61,323 bases of DNA from a virus (taxonomy: Duplodnaviria; Caudoviricetes), in IMG/VR virus record IMGVR_UViG_3300027647_000002, positions 1 through 61,323 of that record. One strand, given 5' to 3'. The position numbers were made by a program, and so were the translations under genes. Position 1 is the first letter of the stretch. Every line of letters starts with the position of its first letter. Positions 16,108-25,659 of the stretch are shown here, piece by piece. The notes under the pieces were generated by a model. The model worked only from the letters and a program-made list of their open reading frames with translations, was not told the origin of the DNA and searched no databases.

Positions 16108-16441
16108 GGTCCACCGACTTCTTATCGGCCAGCTCCCGCACCAGCCGCATCACCTCGGCGCGCTTCTCCGAGCTCGCCGGTGGTGCCGGATCCAGTGCGC
16201 GGAGTTCGGAGATCGGGGCGGGCTGGCGACGGGTGAGTCGGATCCGCTCCGTGACGTGAGCCGGCTTCAGGTATTCCGTCGAGTGCGCGTTGTGCTCGTG
16301 AACCGCCTCCACCGCCTCGGCGAATGTCCACCGGGCCCGCCGTGCGGATTCGGACCACACCGCGACCGCAGTGCTGTCGATGACGCGGCTGTCGTAGTGG
16401 TGGATGACCTGCAGCAAGGTGACGATCTCGTCGTGCGTCAT
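16100..16441 (-). CDS. Putative helicase loader/inhibitor-like protein
   Basis: Follows Rep; EIVTLL...D.R...W...YLKPAHV pattern. Confidence 0.55.
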   Translation of the reverse strand: MTHDEIVTLLQVIHHYDSRVIDSTAVAVWSESARRARWTFAEAVEAVHEHNAHSTEYLKPAHVTERIRLTRRQPAPISELRALDPAPPASSEKRAEVMRLVRELADKKSVDRA

Positions 16442-17406
16442 GCCAAACCTCCCGCGATGGCCCGGAGCTCGACAGCCGGACCGGTCTCGATACCGGCGCG
16501 GCGGAGCAATTCGTGGTCGGGGTTCTGCTTGAGGAGTTCGGCCTGGGCGATGGCCACCTCCTTCTTCGACGGACCGCTGGCCGGCGCCGAGGAGCGGTAC
16601 TGCTCATTGGCCTTGAGCCGGAGCTGGTCGTACTTCTCCCGGAACTTCGGCATCGACAGGATGTTGGAGTTCCAGAACGAGTCCTGCTGGCACCAGTCGA
16701 TGAGGCGCAGGGCCTTGTCGAGTTCGCGGCCGTCCTTGTCCAAGAGGAGACGGGCCTCGGTCCGCCACTTCGCGGTGACCGTGGGCGCCTTGTTGCCGTT
16801 CTCCACGATGCGATCCCGGAGGCGGGTGCAGAGCGCTTCGACATCGGGGCGGTCGGCTTTGCTCGTCGGCGGCTTTGCCGACGAAGAAATCTCTTTCTCC
16901 TCTGTTCCCCTGTTCCTCTGTTCCCCTGTTCCAGTCAATGGGGTCTCGCGAACCTCTCGCGAGGGTGTCGCGAGGGTGTCGCGAGGGTCCATTGGATCTC
17001 CGGAGGGCGTAGCGCCCAGACCTGCGCAAACGCTTTCGTCGACATCCTGGGAGTACTCGATCGTCCCGTCCGGGCGTGGATGCCGGCCCTTGTTCGGCCG
17101 ATCCACGCGCTGGAGCGTTTTCCAGTTGCGGACGTAGATCAGGCGCTCGCCGCCCATGGTGTAGCGGGCCACCAAACCGGCGTCACAAAGCTCCTGCAAC
17201 CCTCGCGACACTCTCGCGAGGGTGTCGGGATTCCGTGCGAGATCGTGCGGGAACACGTCGGCACAGATCAGGACTTCGGAGTCTTTGCCCACGCCGTTGT
17301 CGTCGACGTAGGACTCGATCCCTTTCAGGATGAGACGGGCATCCCAGGTGAGTGCCGCGATCGTTTCCGACCGCCAGAACTCCGGTTTGGTTGAGCGGAT
17401 ACGCAC
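16438..17406 (-). CDS. Replication initiator protein (Rep)
   Basis: MRIRSTKPEFW...YVDDNG...; C-terminal FWNSNILSMPKFREKYDQL; internal iterons. Confidence 0.85.
   Translation of the reverse strand: MRIRSTKPEFWRSETIAALTWDARLILKGIESYVDDNGVGKDSEVLICADVFPHDLARNPDTLARVSRGLQELCDAGLVARYTMGGERLIYVRNWKTLQRVDRPNKGRHPRPDGTIEYSQDVDESVCAGLGATPSGDPMDPRDTLATPSREVRETPLTGTGEQRNRGTEEKEISSSAKPPTSKADRPDVEALCTRLRDRIVENGNKAPTVTAKWRTEARLLLDKDGRELDKALRLIDWCQQDSFWNSNILSMPKFREKYDQLRLKANEQYRSSAPASGPSKKEVAIAQAELLKQNPDHELLRRAGIETGPAVELRAIAGGLA
16891..16990. repeat. Putative origin: CTGTTCC repeats plus tandem 11-bp iterons
   Basis: TCGCGAGGGT(G) at 16957, 16968 and 16979; more copies at about 17199-17227; CTGTTCC x4 at 16902-16932. 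Confidence 0.7.
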
Positions 17407-17488
17407 TACGGCACCTCCTGCATTTCATCGATCGCGGTCATGTACTGGTCCCCGGGCGCCGGATCCGCCCGCGCCTCAACCACTCCGG

Positions 17489-18217
17489 TCACCGGACACC
17501 CCGATTCACGGCGGCGGCGAGCTTCCGGCAGTAGCCCTGCGCCACGTAGTCCGTCGTGTGCCGACCGGTCAGATACCCCTTGGCGTCATTGATCGCTCCG
17601 CCCCAGGTCTGCCAGTTCTCGATCGACCACCACCGCTGCCACCGACGCTGTGCTGCGCGAGCAACCAGAGCGTTCGCCCACGCTGCCGCCTCCGCCGGGT
17701 AGCTGAGAGAGAACCACTCAGTGGTGTCTGCGATGGACCGCAGCGGGGACCCGGCCCCGGCCGAGGTGATGCAATCGGCCGGATTCGCTGCCCAGTAGGT
17801 TTTGACGCCTCGGCCGTAGATCGGGCGCGCCCCGGCGATGCCGTACCCATCCGCCGGGTGAAGGCCAGGTATGCCGCCACCGACCGGACGGAGGGGGTCG
17901 GCGATCAGCGCGACCGCGTCCAGCTCCAGATCGGGATGGAGGCCGGCGCCGATCTCCATCGCCACATCTCCACTGATGCCCGCACCCTGCGAAAAGCCGC
18001 CGATGCAGGCACGGTTCGGGGTGGTGCGGATGGCGTCGATGAGGATGCGGCGTCCCTCGGTTACGGACTGCCCGTATGACGGGGCGCCGTACCCGGCGGG
18101 ATAAGCCAAGTAGTGGAACGTGAATCGGTCGTCCAGGGCGTCGCGGAAGGCGGCGGAGACGCCCTCGATCTGGCTACCCCAGCCGGTACCGCCGAGCCAG
18201 AAAAAGTCGATGGTCAT
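17489..18217 (-). CDS. Cutinase/PE-PPE-fold serine esterase (lysin B-like)
   Basis: YPAGYG...GGFSQGA nucleophile elbow...IADPLRP...DCI...HTTDY. Confidence 0.8.
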   Translation of the reverse strand: MTIDFFWLGGTGWGSQIEGVSAAFRDALDDRFTFHYLAYPAGYGAPSYGQSVTEGRRILIDAIRTTPNRACIGGFSQGAGISGDVAMEIGAGLHPDLELDAVALIADPLRPVGGGIPGLHPADGYGIAGARPIYGRGVKTYWAANPADCITSAGAGSPLRSIADTTEWFSLSYPAEAAAWANALVARAAQRRWQRWWSIENWQTWGGAINDAKGYLTGRHTTDYVAQGYCRKLAAAVNRGVR

Positions 18218-19851
18218 GCGGATACTCCTTCGACAGATGAGAGAGGCGACTCGGCGGTATGCAGGACGGCACGGAGGCGGGAGCCGATCCACGCCCCCAC
18301 CGACGGGGACACGGCGTTACCGAAGCCGTCGACCTGGTTCCGCTCCGAACCCCAGACCACGAACGAGCCCTCATGGCCGGGGAAGGTAGTGTCGAATCCG
18401 CACCCCTTACCGACCTCGTGTGCGCCGAGCATCCGGAAGCGGCAGTCCTCCACTGGGATATCGGCCAGGGTCTCTACCATTTCGGCGGTGAGCAGTCCGG
18501 GGATCTGGCCAGCCGTCACTGTCGGCATCGGCTGAGTGCCGAGCGTTGCCGTCGTGTGCTTCCGGAACGGGATGACCCCGGACATCAGGCTCAGCGTCTC
18601 GGACGCGAGCGTCGTCGGCAGCGGATCGGCGAGAGCGCGCGGCGCGCCCTGATAGTTGTTCACCGCAGCGAACAGCATCGCCAGCTCATGAGTCGAAGTG
18701 ACCGTGTCCATGGGCTGGCTGATGTTCTTGCCGTCCCCGTTGTGCCGATGCGCCGCGAACACTGCACCGGTCGCGATGAGCGCGGTTTCCTGCTGGCTGG
18801 TCTGCGTGGACAGCGGCTGCCACGGGTGACGTTCTGTCCCGTGCACTCCCTTGGCGGGCATGAGGAACGCGGGGAACTCGGCGAACCGCTTCCGGCACCG
18901 TTCGATGCGCGCCATCGTGTTCGGCTTGAGCGGCTTTGTCCGGTCACCGATCCGAGTGCCGAGGTTGGTGAGGTCCAGCGCATGCATGGACGGCGTCATC
19001 GGCGGGACCACCTCACGCCTGCATCGCGGGCACCGATAGTTGTACTGCGTGCCGTACCGCACCGTCCCCGCCGGTGGAACCCCGGTCTTCCACGACCACA
19101 CCGCTTCGACATCGTCATCACACAGGTGACACCGAGACAGCGGCCGGTGCTCCAGGTCCGGGGCCGGTAGGCGCTTATCCCACAGGGCCAGGTAGTAGCG
19201 GTCCCTGCTCTGCGGCACGCCGAAGAACTGGCTGTTGAGATACATCACCCGGTGGTCGTAGCCCTCGATGTCGAACTGCTTCAGCCACCACCGATACGTC
19301 GACCCGTCACCGACTTTCGTCCGGCCGGGAAGCGCAGGCCCCCACGAGGTGAGCTCCGTCGTGCACTCGATCAGGATCAACCTGGGGTGGTGCTTCTGGG
19401 CGTAGTGCAAGACACAGTTCGCCGTGGCCCGGTCCCGCTCGCTCCGGGAAACCCGATCGGCGTACTCGGGATCCTCCATGTCGAACAGGGTCAGGCCCTG
19501 TCGGTACGCCTTCTGGGTGTTCGCTTGCGAGTGATTGACGCAGGACACCCCCGCGGTGAGCAGGTCTGCGGCGGGGAGGTCGCGCACGTCGTGGTAGTCG
19601 GCGGACCGCGGGTCCACCAGGTCGGCGATCCAGTGCTCGACGTGCTGGTTATTGGCCTCGTGAACGCGCGTCTTGTACTCGTTGTGGTTGGCGGCCATGA
19701 TCGTGTCGAATCCGGCCAGCTCGATAGCGAGCGTCAGACCACCGAATCCCGAGAAGAGGTCGACGGCGAGCGGGTTGTCGTGCTTGAACCGCCGGCGGCG
19801 CAGCGCGGGCCGATGCATGGCCGTGCGCTGGGTCTTCGTGCGTCCGCTCAT
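18214..19851 (-). CDS. DNA cytosine-C5 methyltransferase
   Basis: DLFSGFGG (motif I); SC in place of PC (motif IV); GVPQSRDR; GNAVSP. Confidence 0.9.
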   Translation of the reverse strand: MSGRTKTQRTAMHRPALRRRRFKHDNPLAVDLFSGFGGLTLAIELAGFDTIMAANHNEYKTRVHEANNQHVEHWIADLVDPRSADYHDVRDLPAADLLTAGVSCVNHSQANTQKAYRQGLTLFDMEDPEYADRVSRSERDRATANCVLHYAQKHHPRLILIECTTELTSWGPALPGRTKVGDGSTYRWWLKQFDIEGYDHRVMYLNSQFFGVPQSRDRYYLALWDKRLPAPDLEHRPLSRCHLCDDDVEAVWSWKTGVPPAGTVRYGTQYNYRCPRCRREVVPPMTPSMHALDLTNLGTRIGDRTKPLKPNTMARIERCRKRFAEFPAFLMPAKGVHGTERHPWQPLSTQTSQQETALIATGAVFAAHRHNGDGKNISQPMDTVTSTHELAMLFAAVNNYQGAPRALADPLPTTLASETLSLMSGVIPFRKHTTATLGTQPMPTVTAGQIPGLLTAEMVETLADIPVEDCRFRMLGAHEVGKGCGFDTTFPGHEGSFVVWGSERNQVDGFGNAVSPSVGAWIGSRLRAVLHTAESPLSSVEGVSA

Positions 19852-20243
19852 GCCGCACCGTCCCCGGCCGGGATCGCCAACCCGTGATCGGTCAACCGCA
19901 CCCACCGACCCCGATACAACACCGGCTTCTCGACAGCGATCGGCACCTGGTTCCGCGGGATCAGCCAGCCGTTCTCGTAGGCGGTGTTGCGGTTCTGCTC
20001 GATACGGTCATGGCATCTGGCCGCCAAGTGGAGCCCGTTCGCTGCCCGGTTGATCCAGGGCAGGCTCGTGCCCCCGGCGCCGCGGGGCGCCCGATGGTGA
20101 AAGTGCTCAGCGGGGCCGCACGAGTCGAGCTCGCACAGGCCCTGTGAGCGGCGGGCGATGATCGCCTTCACCTTGGGCGGGAACCCATCGCGGTTCGGCT
20201 TCGGCCGGCGGGATTGGGTCTTCGACCAGGACTGGCGGATCAT
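19848..20243 (-). CDS. HNH endonuclease-like protein
   Basis: RSQGLCE...HHRAPRGAGG...NGL...CHDRIE. Confidence 0.7.
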   Translation of the reverse strand: MIRQSWSKTQSRRPKPNRDGFPPKVKAIIARRSQGLCELDSCGPAEHFHHRAPRGAGGTSLPWINRAANGLHLAARCHDRIEQNRNTAYENGWLIPRNQVPIAVEKPVLYRGRWVRLTDHGLAIPAGDGAA

Positions 20244-20596
20244 CGCTCACCCACCCCGGCCACGTTGTAGGCGCTGACAACCGACTTGTTCACCGACTGC
20301 CAGGCACGCAGCTCCGCCTCCAGAGCGCGGGCGCGGCGGTCCGCGTACTTGTAGGCCGCATCGGTCGCGTCGCGGTGGGCGCGCTCGTCCTGGGTTTCCA
20401 GCTCGGCGACGTACTTCTTCGCGTGTGCCGGACCCTCGGCCGCCAGATAGGCGCGGGCGTAGGCCGCGTCATAGGCGCGATCGGCATCGAGGAACAGCCC
20501 GTATCGCTCGCCGCAGACCGTGACACCTTCAGCGATCCGGTTGGCGCAGTCCCTGATCGACTGCTCGATTTGAACGGGGTTGTAGTCGGTGCTCAT
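20240..20596 (-). CDS. Conserved helical protein of recombination module
   Basis: Coupled downstream of ERF gene. Confidence 0.7.
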   Translation of the reverse strand: MSTDYNPVQIEQSIRDCANRIAEGVTVCGERYGLFLDADRAYDAAYARAYLAAEGPAHAKKYVAELETQDERAHRDATDAAYKYADRRARALEAELRAWQSVNKSVVSAYNVAGVGER

Positions 20597-21219
20597 TCGG
20601 CCGCCGCCGCGTCCACGTAGTACTTGGTCAGCTCGGTGATGGCCTCGACATCAGTGGACATGCCGAGGTCGCCGTGACCATCCGACTTGAATTTCTCCGC
20701 CGCCTTGCCCGGAGAGACCTTGATGGCGCGCAGCAGGCGGGACAACTCCACCCGGGCGGCAACCGCCGGATCCTGCTCCGCGGTCGACCGTTCGTAGGTG
20801 TCCTCGTTCGGGTCCTTCTCATCGGTCGGCAGGCACAAGGTCTGGATCATCGCGGTCCGGAACGCGACCGAATGCGCCTTGGCCGTGGCCTTGTCACCAC
20901 TGTCGAACGCCTCCCCTGCGGCGACGGTCACCAGGGAATCCCCAGCCGGCCCGTACCAAGTGAACTCGATCAGCAGCCGGGCGTGACCCATCTGGGTCTG
21001 CTTGTGGCCCACGGTCACTGTGCCGTACTTCGAGTCCAGAACCTTCGGGGCGATGATCACGCCGTGCTCGCGCAGCGCCGGGCCGACCGCGTTGGTGACG
21101 GCGTCGATGCCGCGGAACTTGTAACCCGCGCCGGGGGCTTTGTTCTCTTCGTTCTTGCCGACGCCGCGGATATCGGTCATGACAGCATTCAGGGCCTGGT
21201 AGATGGTCTTCTCGGTCAC
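20593..21219 (-). CDS. ERF-family single-strand annealing protein
   Basis: YKFRGIDAV...GEAFDSGDKATAKAHSVAFR. Confidence 0.88.
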   Translation of the reverse strand: MTEKTIYQALNAVMTDIRGVGKNEENKAPGAGYKFRGIDAVTNAVGPALREHGVIIAPKVLDSKYGTVTVGHKQTQMGHARLLIEFTWYGPAGDSLVTVAAGEAFDSGDKATAKAHSVAFRTAMIQTLCLPTDEKDPNEDTYERSTAEQDPAVAARVELSRLLRAIKVSPGKAAEKFKSDGHGDLGMSTDVEAITELTKYYVDAAAAE

Positions 21220-22136
21220 TACGCCTCCGCGGTGTCGTGGCGCGCCCAGTAGGGCAAGCGCATGGGATGGATGGATTCGCCGTAGCCGGGCCACACACCG
21301 GTAGCCGTGCATTCGGCGTAGATATCGATGGCCCTGCGGTTGAGGCGGGCACCGATCTCGCGGTCCTCGGGCCCGTACTCGTGCACGGTGACGAGGTAGG
21401 GCGGTTCCTTCTCCTGCGCGATGAACACGAACCGCGGATTGTCGTCCAGCAGTAGCTCCCGGGCGCCGTCCGTGTACCAGGCGTCCTGCTGGTGGTAGCC
21501 GTACTTGTGCGCCGAAGAGGCGAACGGGCGCGGGCTTGCCGAGGTGGTCGTCTTGTAATCCACGAACGTGAGCCGGCCGCCGGGCTGGGTCATCCAGTCG
21601 ATCCGCGCCCGCAACCGCGTCCAGGTCGCGGGATCGGTCCAGTACAGGCTCATCTCGGCCTGCCCGTTGGACAGCAACTCCGCCGCCAGGGGATGCTCGC
21701 GCACCTTCACGGCCATAGCCCGGATGGCTTCCAGGTCATGGGAGAGCAGCGGTACCTTGCCTTCGGCGCGGATCGCCTTCCGCTGCTCCTGCGCGGCCTT
21801 GGTCTTCCAGTCCTTCGCCTTCACCTCGACGATGTCCAGGCCGGTGCCGAGCACGAGAGCGTGCGCTGCGTGGCCGAAGTCGAAGTAGTCCTGATGCTCC
21901 GGCGGGGAGTCCAGGGCTTCCTTGAACTTCGCCGGGCAGGACGGCGGCAGCAGCTTCAGCGCGCCGGAATGCGACAGCGTCGTCCGGTCAGCGTGATAGA
22001 CCGATTCGGGGATATCGCCGTACACGCCCGGTTCGGTCGGCGCGGTTGCCGCGGGCTCGGTCTTCGCCTGGCAGTGCCAGCAGATCCCGCGGTCCAGGTC
22101 GGTGACCCGGCAGATGTCGTTCCAGTCGTCGCTCAC
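21219..22136 (-). CDS. RecE-like PD-(D/E)XK exonuclease (DUF3799)
   Basis: YHAD..LSHSG...FGHAAH...RARIDW...VDYKTT...YGYHQQDAWY. Confidence 0.9.
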   Translation of the reverse strand: MSDDWNDICRVTDLDRGICWHCQAKTEPAATAPTEPGVYGDIPESVYHADRTTLSHSGALKLLPPSCPAKFKEALDSPPEHQDYFDFGHAAHALVLGTGLDIVEVKAKDWKTKAAQEQRKAIRAEGKVPLLSHDLEAIRAMAVKVREHPLAAELLSNGQAEMSLYWTDPATWTRLRARIDWMTQPGGRLTFVDYKTTTSASPRPFASSAHKYGYHQQDAWYTDGARELLLDDNPRFVFIAQEKEPPYLVTVHEYGPEDREIGARLNRRAIDIYAECTATGVWPGYGESIHPMRLPYWARHDTAEA

Positions 22137-22357
22137 CGCTGGCCCTCCATCCGCTCGATCAGCTGCCCCAACCACTCGTGAACCCGGCGGACCTCGGCCA
22201 GGCCGTGCGTGGTGTAGTGCACGCACTCCGGATCCCGGTCGGCCTGGTAGCCCTCGACCGCGAGCCGCAACTTGCCGGTCAAACCCTCATAGACCGGGAT
22301 GAACTTCGTCCGGGAGTGCCCGTCGTATCCGTCGGGCAGGATCAGGAAGTCGCTCAC
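22133..22357 (-). CDS. Hypothetical protein
   Basis: GTGA coupling. Confidence 0.6.
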   Translation of the reverse strand: MSDFLILPDGYDGHSRTKFIPVYEGLTGKLRLAVEGYQADRDPECVHYTTHGLAEVRRVHEWLGQLIERMEGQR

Positions 22358-22704
22358 GACGCCACCTCCGCCCGGAGCTGCCGGAACCCCCACCGCTCCA
22401 TCGATTTCTCCGACGCATCCAGCCCCGTCGTCACCCACGCGCACGCCTGGCTGTGACAGAAACCCAGAACCTCCCGGGCGAAGTAGTACTCATCCCACGC
22501 CGCCAACTCCCGCAGCGTCGCCAGGCCGCCCTCCACCGCCGACCGCGGCACATCCACCGGATGCGACGGGGCGCCCGGCAGCGACATCTCCAGCCGGTAC
22601 CCGTCATCCAGGGACCGGGTCGCGGGGAGGGTGGTGCCGGCCGCGATCTCGCCGACATCGGTCACCACCGACCGCCGCAACGTCACCAACACCTGATCGG
22701 TCAC
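22354..22704 (-). CDS. Hypothetical protein
   Basis: Coupled ORF. Confidence 0.65.
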   Translation of the reverse strand: MTDQVLVTLRRSVVTDVGEIAAGTTLPATRSLDDGYRLEMSLPGAPSHPVDVPRSAVEGGLATLRELAAWDEYYFAREVLGFCHSQACAWVTTGLDASEKSMERWGFRQLRAEVAS

Positions 22705-23192
22705 TTGGCCGCCGCCTTCTTCTCAGCGCGACGGACCACCGTGTAGCAGGTGTTGCACAACCCGCGGGCGCCGTACCGTTTCCCGCCGGGGATCGGCTCT
22801 TCGGTCTGCGCGAGATAGGTGGCCACACCGCACTTGCCGCAGCGGCCGGTGTTCTCAGGGGTCCGGGCGGGCTTCGGCTTGACCGGCTGCCCGGACTCCT
22901 CCAGGAACTGTTTCCGGCAGGGGCGGGAGCAGCAGCCCTTCATCCCCGACTTCGGGCCGAGCGTCCAGGCCTTCAGTTCGCCGCCGCAGACCCGGCAGCC
23001 CGACGTCTCAGCCTGGACGTCGTCGAGGAGGCCGAGCATGTCCAGCATCTGATGGAGGTCGCCGGCCGGATCGTCCTGCCGCTGAGCGAACTCAGCGACA
23101 CGGAGGCGGGCCGCGGCACGCTCCTCCTCGGTCGTGCCGAACAAGGACTCCGTGACGACCCTCTTGGTGAGCGAGCCCTGACTGATGCTCAT
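22701..23192 (-). CDS. Zinc-finger protein
   Basis: CRVCG...CCSRPC; CGKCG...ARGLCNTCY. Confidence 0.7.
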   Translation of the reverse strand: MSISQGSLTKRVVTESLFGTTEEERAAARLRVAEFAQRQDDPAGDLHQMLDMLGLLDDVQAETSGCRVCGGELKAWTLGPKSGMKGCCSRPCRKQFLEESGQPVKPKPARTPENTGRCGKCGVATYLAQTEEPIPGGKRYGARGLCNTCYTVVRRAEKKAAAK

Positions 23193-23359
23193 GTGGCACG
23201 CCCTTCCAGCTCGAGCGACTCCTCGATCCAGACAACGTCATCGACACGAGACCCGAGATGCAGCCACAGGCCGTAGATCACGACCGACGGCACCCCAATC
23301 ACGGTGGTGCCGACGAACGCGTACGCGACCGCGGCGAAGGCGAGAGACGCGATGCTCAC
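23189..23359 (-). CDS. Small membrane protein
   Basis: Hydrophobic; AAGGAG RBS. Confidence 0.55.
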   Translation of the reverse strand: MSIASLAFAAVAYAFVGTTVIGVPSVVIYGLWLHLGSRVDDVVWIEESLELEGRAT

Positions 23360-23532
23360 TGCTGCTCCTTCTCGTTCAGGGGATTGGTGACGTGGGAGAA
23401 CGGCAGTCCCGGGTAGCGGCAATCACATCGGCCGCCGCCGGTGATGACGCGCATCCGGGAGTCCGGGCGGGTGGTGCGGTCGAGCCAGTCGAAGAGGCTC
23501 TCCCCCGGCCGGCGGGATTCACGAACGGCCAT
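23356..23532 (-). CDS. Hypothetical protein (58 aa)
   Basis: Translated by hand, MAVRESRRPGESLFDW... Confidence 0.45.
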   Translation of the reverse strand: MAVRESRRPGESLFDWLDRTTRPDSRMRVITGGGRCDCRYPGLPFSHVTNPLNEKEQQ

Positions 23533-23983
23533 CGGTCACCGCCTCGTTCGCGATGGCCAGCAGCACATCGGCATGACATGCCTGATCGAGCGGGCACCAG
23601 CAGGCGAGATCCCGGCCGGCCAACTCGGAACGGACGACAGCGGCGCGCGGCTCGCCATAGCCGACGTTGTCCACATCAAGGCCGAGCGCGCGCAGCCGGA
23701 ACATCTCGACGCACTGCTCCCGGGTGGCGAGCTGGACGTCATGCCAGAAACCGACCGGCATCCCGATGTCGTCCGTGCCGGTGCAGTAGAACGTCCGCGT
23801 ACCGGCCGTCGCGTGCAGGCGGCCCTCGTACTCCCATTCGGCATCGACACCAGGGACACGGATCAACGTCTTGCCGACGGCGAAGGGGTTGCCCCACTTC
23901 GTGCCACGGCCGACATAGACGGCACCCTCGGGCATCCGCCACCCGGCGGTGCGGCGGCGCTGGATCCGCTTAGGCGCGGCCAT
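23519..23983 (-). CDS. DUF4326 domain protein
   Basis: RIQRRR..GWRMP...YVGRGTKWGNPF...LAGRDLACWC...CHADVL. Confidence 0.85.
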   Translation of the reverse strand: MAAPKRIQRRRTAGWRMPEGAVYVGRGTKWGNPFAVGKTLIRVPGVDAEWEYEGRLHATAGTRTFYCTGTDDIGMPVGFWHDVQLATREQCVEMFRLRALGLDVDNVGYGEPRAAVVRSELAGRDLACWCPLDQACHADVLLAIANEAVTDGRS

Positions 23984-24272
23984 CGACGCTCACCACCTCG
24001 TAGCCCAGCTCCCGCAGAGCACGGATCGGATCCAGATGCCCCCAGCAGTCCGGGTTCAGCGGGGCGAACTCGGCCACCTCGCCGTTGTCGTAGGCCGGGA
24101 ACAGGTCCACCAACTTCGCCATCTCGTTGATGGCGGCGATCACAAACGAGGTGACGCCCTCCGCGTGGATGTGCGGCGGGTCCAGCTCGAACACGATCGC
24201 GTTGCCGGACTCGATGAACGGACCGAACTCGGTGGTCGCGGTCAGGTCGGTCTTGTACGCAGTGCCGGTCAC
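23970..24272 (-). CDS. Hypothetical protein
   Basis: Coupled ORF. Confidence 0.6.
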   Translation of the reverse strand: MTGTAYKTDLTATTEFGPFIESGNAIVFELDPPHIHAEGVTSFVIAAINEMAKLVDLFPAYDNGEVAEFAPLNPDCWGHLDPIRALRELGYEVVSVDGRA

Positions 24273-24472
24273 TGGGCCCCCCCGTCCTCATCGGACAGCG
24301 GCACAGTCCGCCAGTCGTCGCCGTCACACTCGACGAGCTCGACGGTCACCGGGTTGTTGTTCCGGGCCTGCTGCTGACGACGGGAGATCACGTCGGCCGT
24401 GGCGGAATCGAGGCCACGCCCGGGCAGTTCGAACACCATCCCGGCGGGCTTGTAGCGGTAGCCGTACATCAC
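24269..24472 (-). CDS. Hypothetical protein
   Basis: Coupled ORF. Confidence 0.6.
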   Translation of the reverse strand: MMYGYRYKPAGMVFELPGRGLDSATADVISRRQQQARNNNPVTVELVECDGDDWRTVPLSDEDGGAQ

Positions 24473-25023
24473 CGGTCACCGTCCTGGGCACGCAGCAGAT
24501 CCAGCTCCGTCACGGACTCGGCGACGACCTCCACCCGTGGAGCGGGGATCGGCCGGCCCTGACTCTTCGGCACGTCCGCGTCCGGGACGAACTTCCGGGC
24601 AGCAGCCTTGAGCTGATCGTTCAGCGACCGCAGATACTGGAGAAGCTTCGCCTCACGCTCCCCGGCGGTACGGGTGGCGAGTGTGGGGGTCATATCGCCG
24701 CGCAGGCCGTGGCAGGCGATGTCCGCGACGAACGCCTCCAACTCGGCGATCCGGGCGCGAGCCTGCCGCTGCTTCTCCCGGAAGCTCTCGAACGACTCTG
24801 CGGTGCCGTCGACGATCTTCCGGTTCGCCTTCTCCAGTACGACGATCCGCTCCATGGCTGCCTCGAAGTCGCTGCGCTTCGCGTCGAGGTCGTTGCGGAG
24901 TGCGGCGATCTCGGCGCGGGCGGCGAGCAGTTCGGTCGCGAGCCGTGCACCGTGCGGCGCCCAGCCGTTCTCCGCGGTCTCCCGCAGCTCCTCGTCGGTC
25001 AGGGGTTCGGTGATCTCAGGCAT
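24469..25023 (-). CDS. Coiled-coil hypothetical protein
   Basis: Heptad-rich ORF. Confidence 0.65.
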   Translation of the reverse strand: MPEITEPLTDEELRETAENGWAPHGARLATELLAARAEIAALRNDLDAKRSDFEAAMERIVVLEKANRKIVDGTAESFESFREKQRQARARIAELEAFVADIACHGLRGDMTPTLATRTAGEREAKLLQYLRSLNDQLKAAARKFVPDADVPKSQGRPIPAPRVEVVAESVTELDLLRAQDGDR

Positions 25024-25303
25024 CGCGCGCCGCCTTCCGTTCGGCCAGGTACTGCTGGAACTCCGCGGCCATCGCCGACACCGCGTTCGACATCACCGCC
25101 CACTGAAAGCCGCCCTCGGCTTCGTTCTCGAACGGCTCGAACGCCGTCTCCACCACACGCGCCGGGAAGTCACGCCCGGGCGCGCCTTCCTCCCGCATCT
25201 GGCGGAGGACGTTCACGAACACCGCGGCCACGAACGGGCCGTTGCTGTCGTGGAGGTGCGATTCCCAGACGCTGGCGAGGCGATCCTGGATGGACCGGCT
25301 CAT
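25016..25303 (-). CDS. Hypothetical protein
   Basis: ATGA coupling. Confidence 0.6.
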   Translation of the reverse strand: MSRSIQDRLASVWESHLHDSNGPFVAAVFVNVLRQMREEGAPGRDFPARVVETAFEPFENEAEGGFQWAVMSNAVSAMAAEFQQYLAERKAARDA

Positions 25304-25659
25304 CGCGCACCGCCCTCGATGACGGCGGCCTTCTGCCCGGTCCACGGCAGTGCCAGGCCATCGCCGGCGCGCCGGGGCACGTAGTGCACGTGGAGATGGG
25401 CGACAGTCTGCGTGGCCGCCGGGCCCGACGAGGTGATGAGGTTGTAATCCTCACCGCGATGATCGCCATAGTTTTCGGCCCACTGCATCGCGGCGCGCAC
25501 GCCTTCGAGGCTCGGATGCTCCGCATGCCAGACCGGGACGAACAGCATGTGGCCCTCGACAACCGGGTTGAGCGGTTCGAACCGAACGACGGTGTCGTAG
25601 CTCTGCTCGTAGTCGAATCGTTCGACGCGATCACAGAACGGGCAGCTCATGTTAGGCAT
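25300..25659 (-). CDS. HIT-family nucleotide hydrolase
   Basis: CPFC...PLNPVVEGHMLFVP..H...QTVAHLHVHYVPR. Confidence 0.9.
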   Translation of the reverse strand: MPNMSCPFCDRVERFDYEQSYDTVVRFEPLNPVVEGHMLFVPVWHAEHPSLEGVRAAMQWAENYGDHRGEDYNLITSSGPAATQTVAHLHVHYVPRRAGDGLALPWTGQKAAVIEGGAR

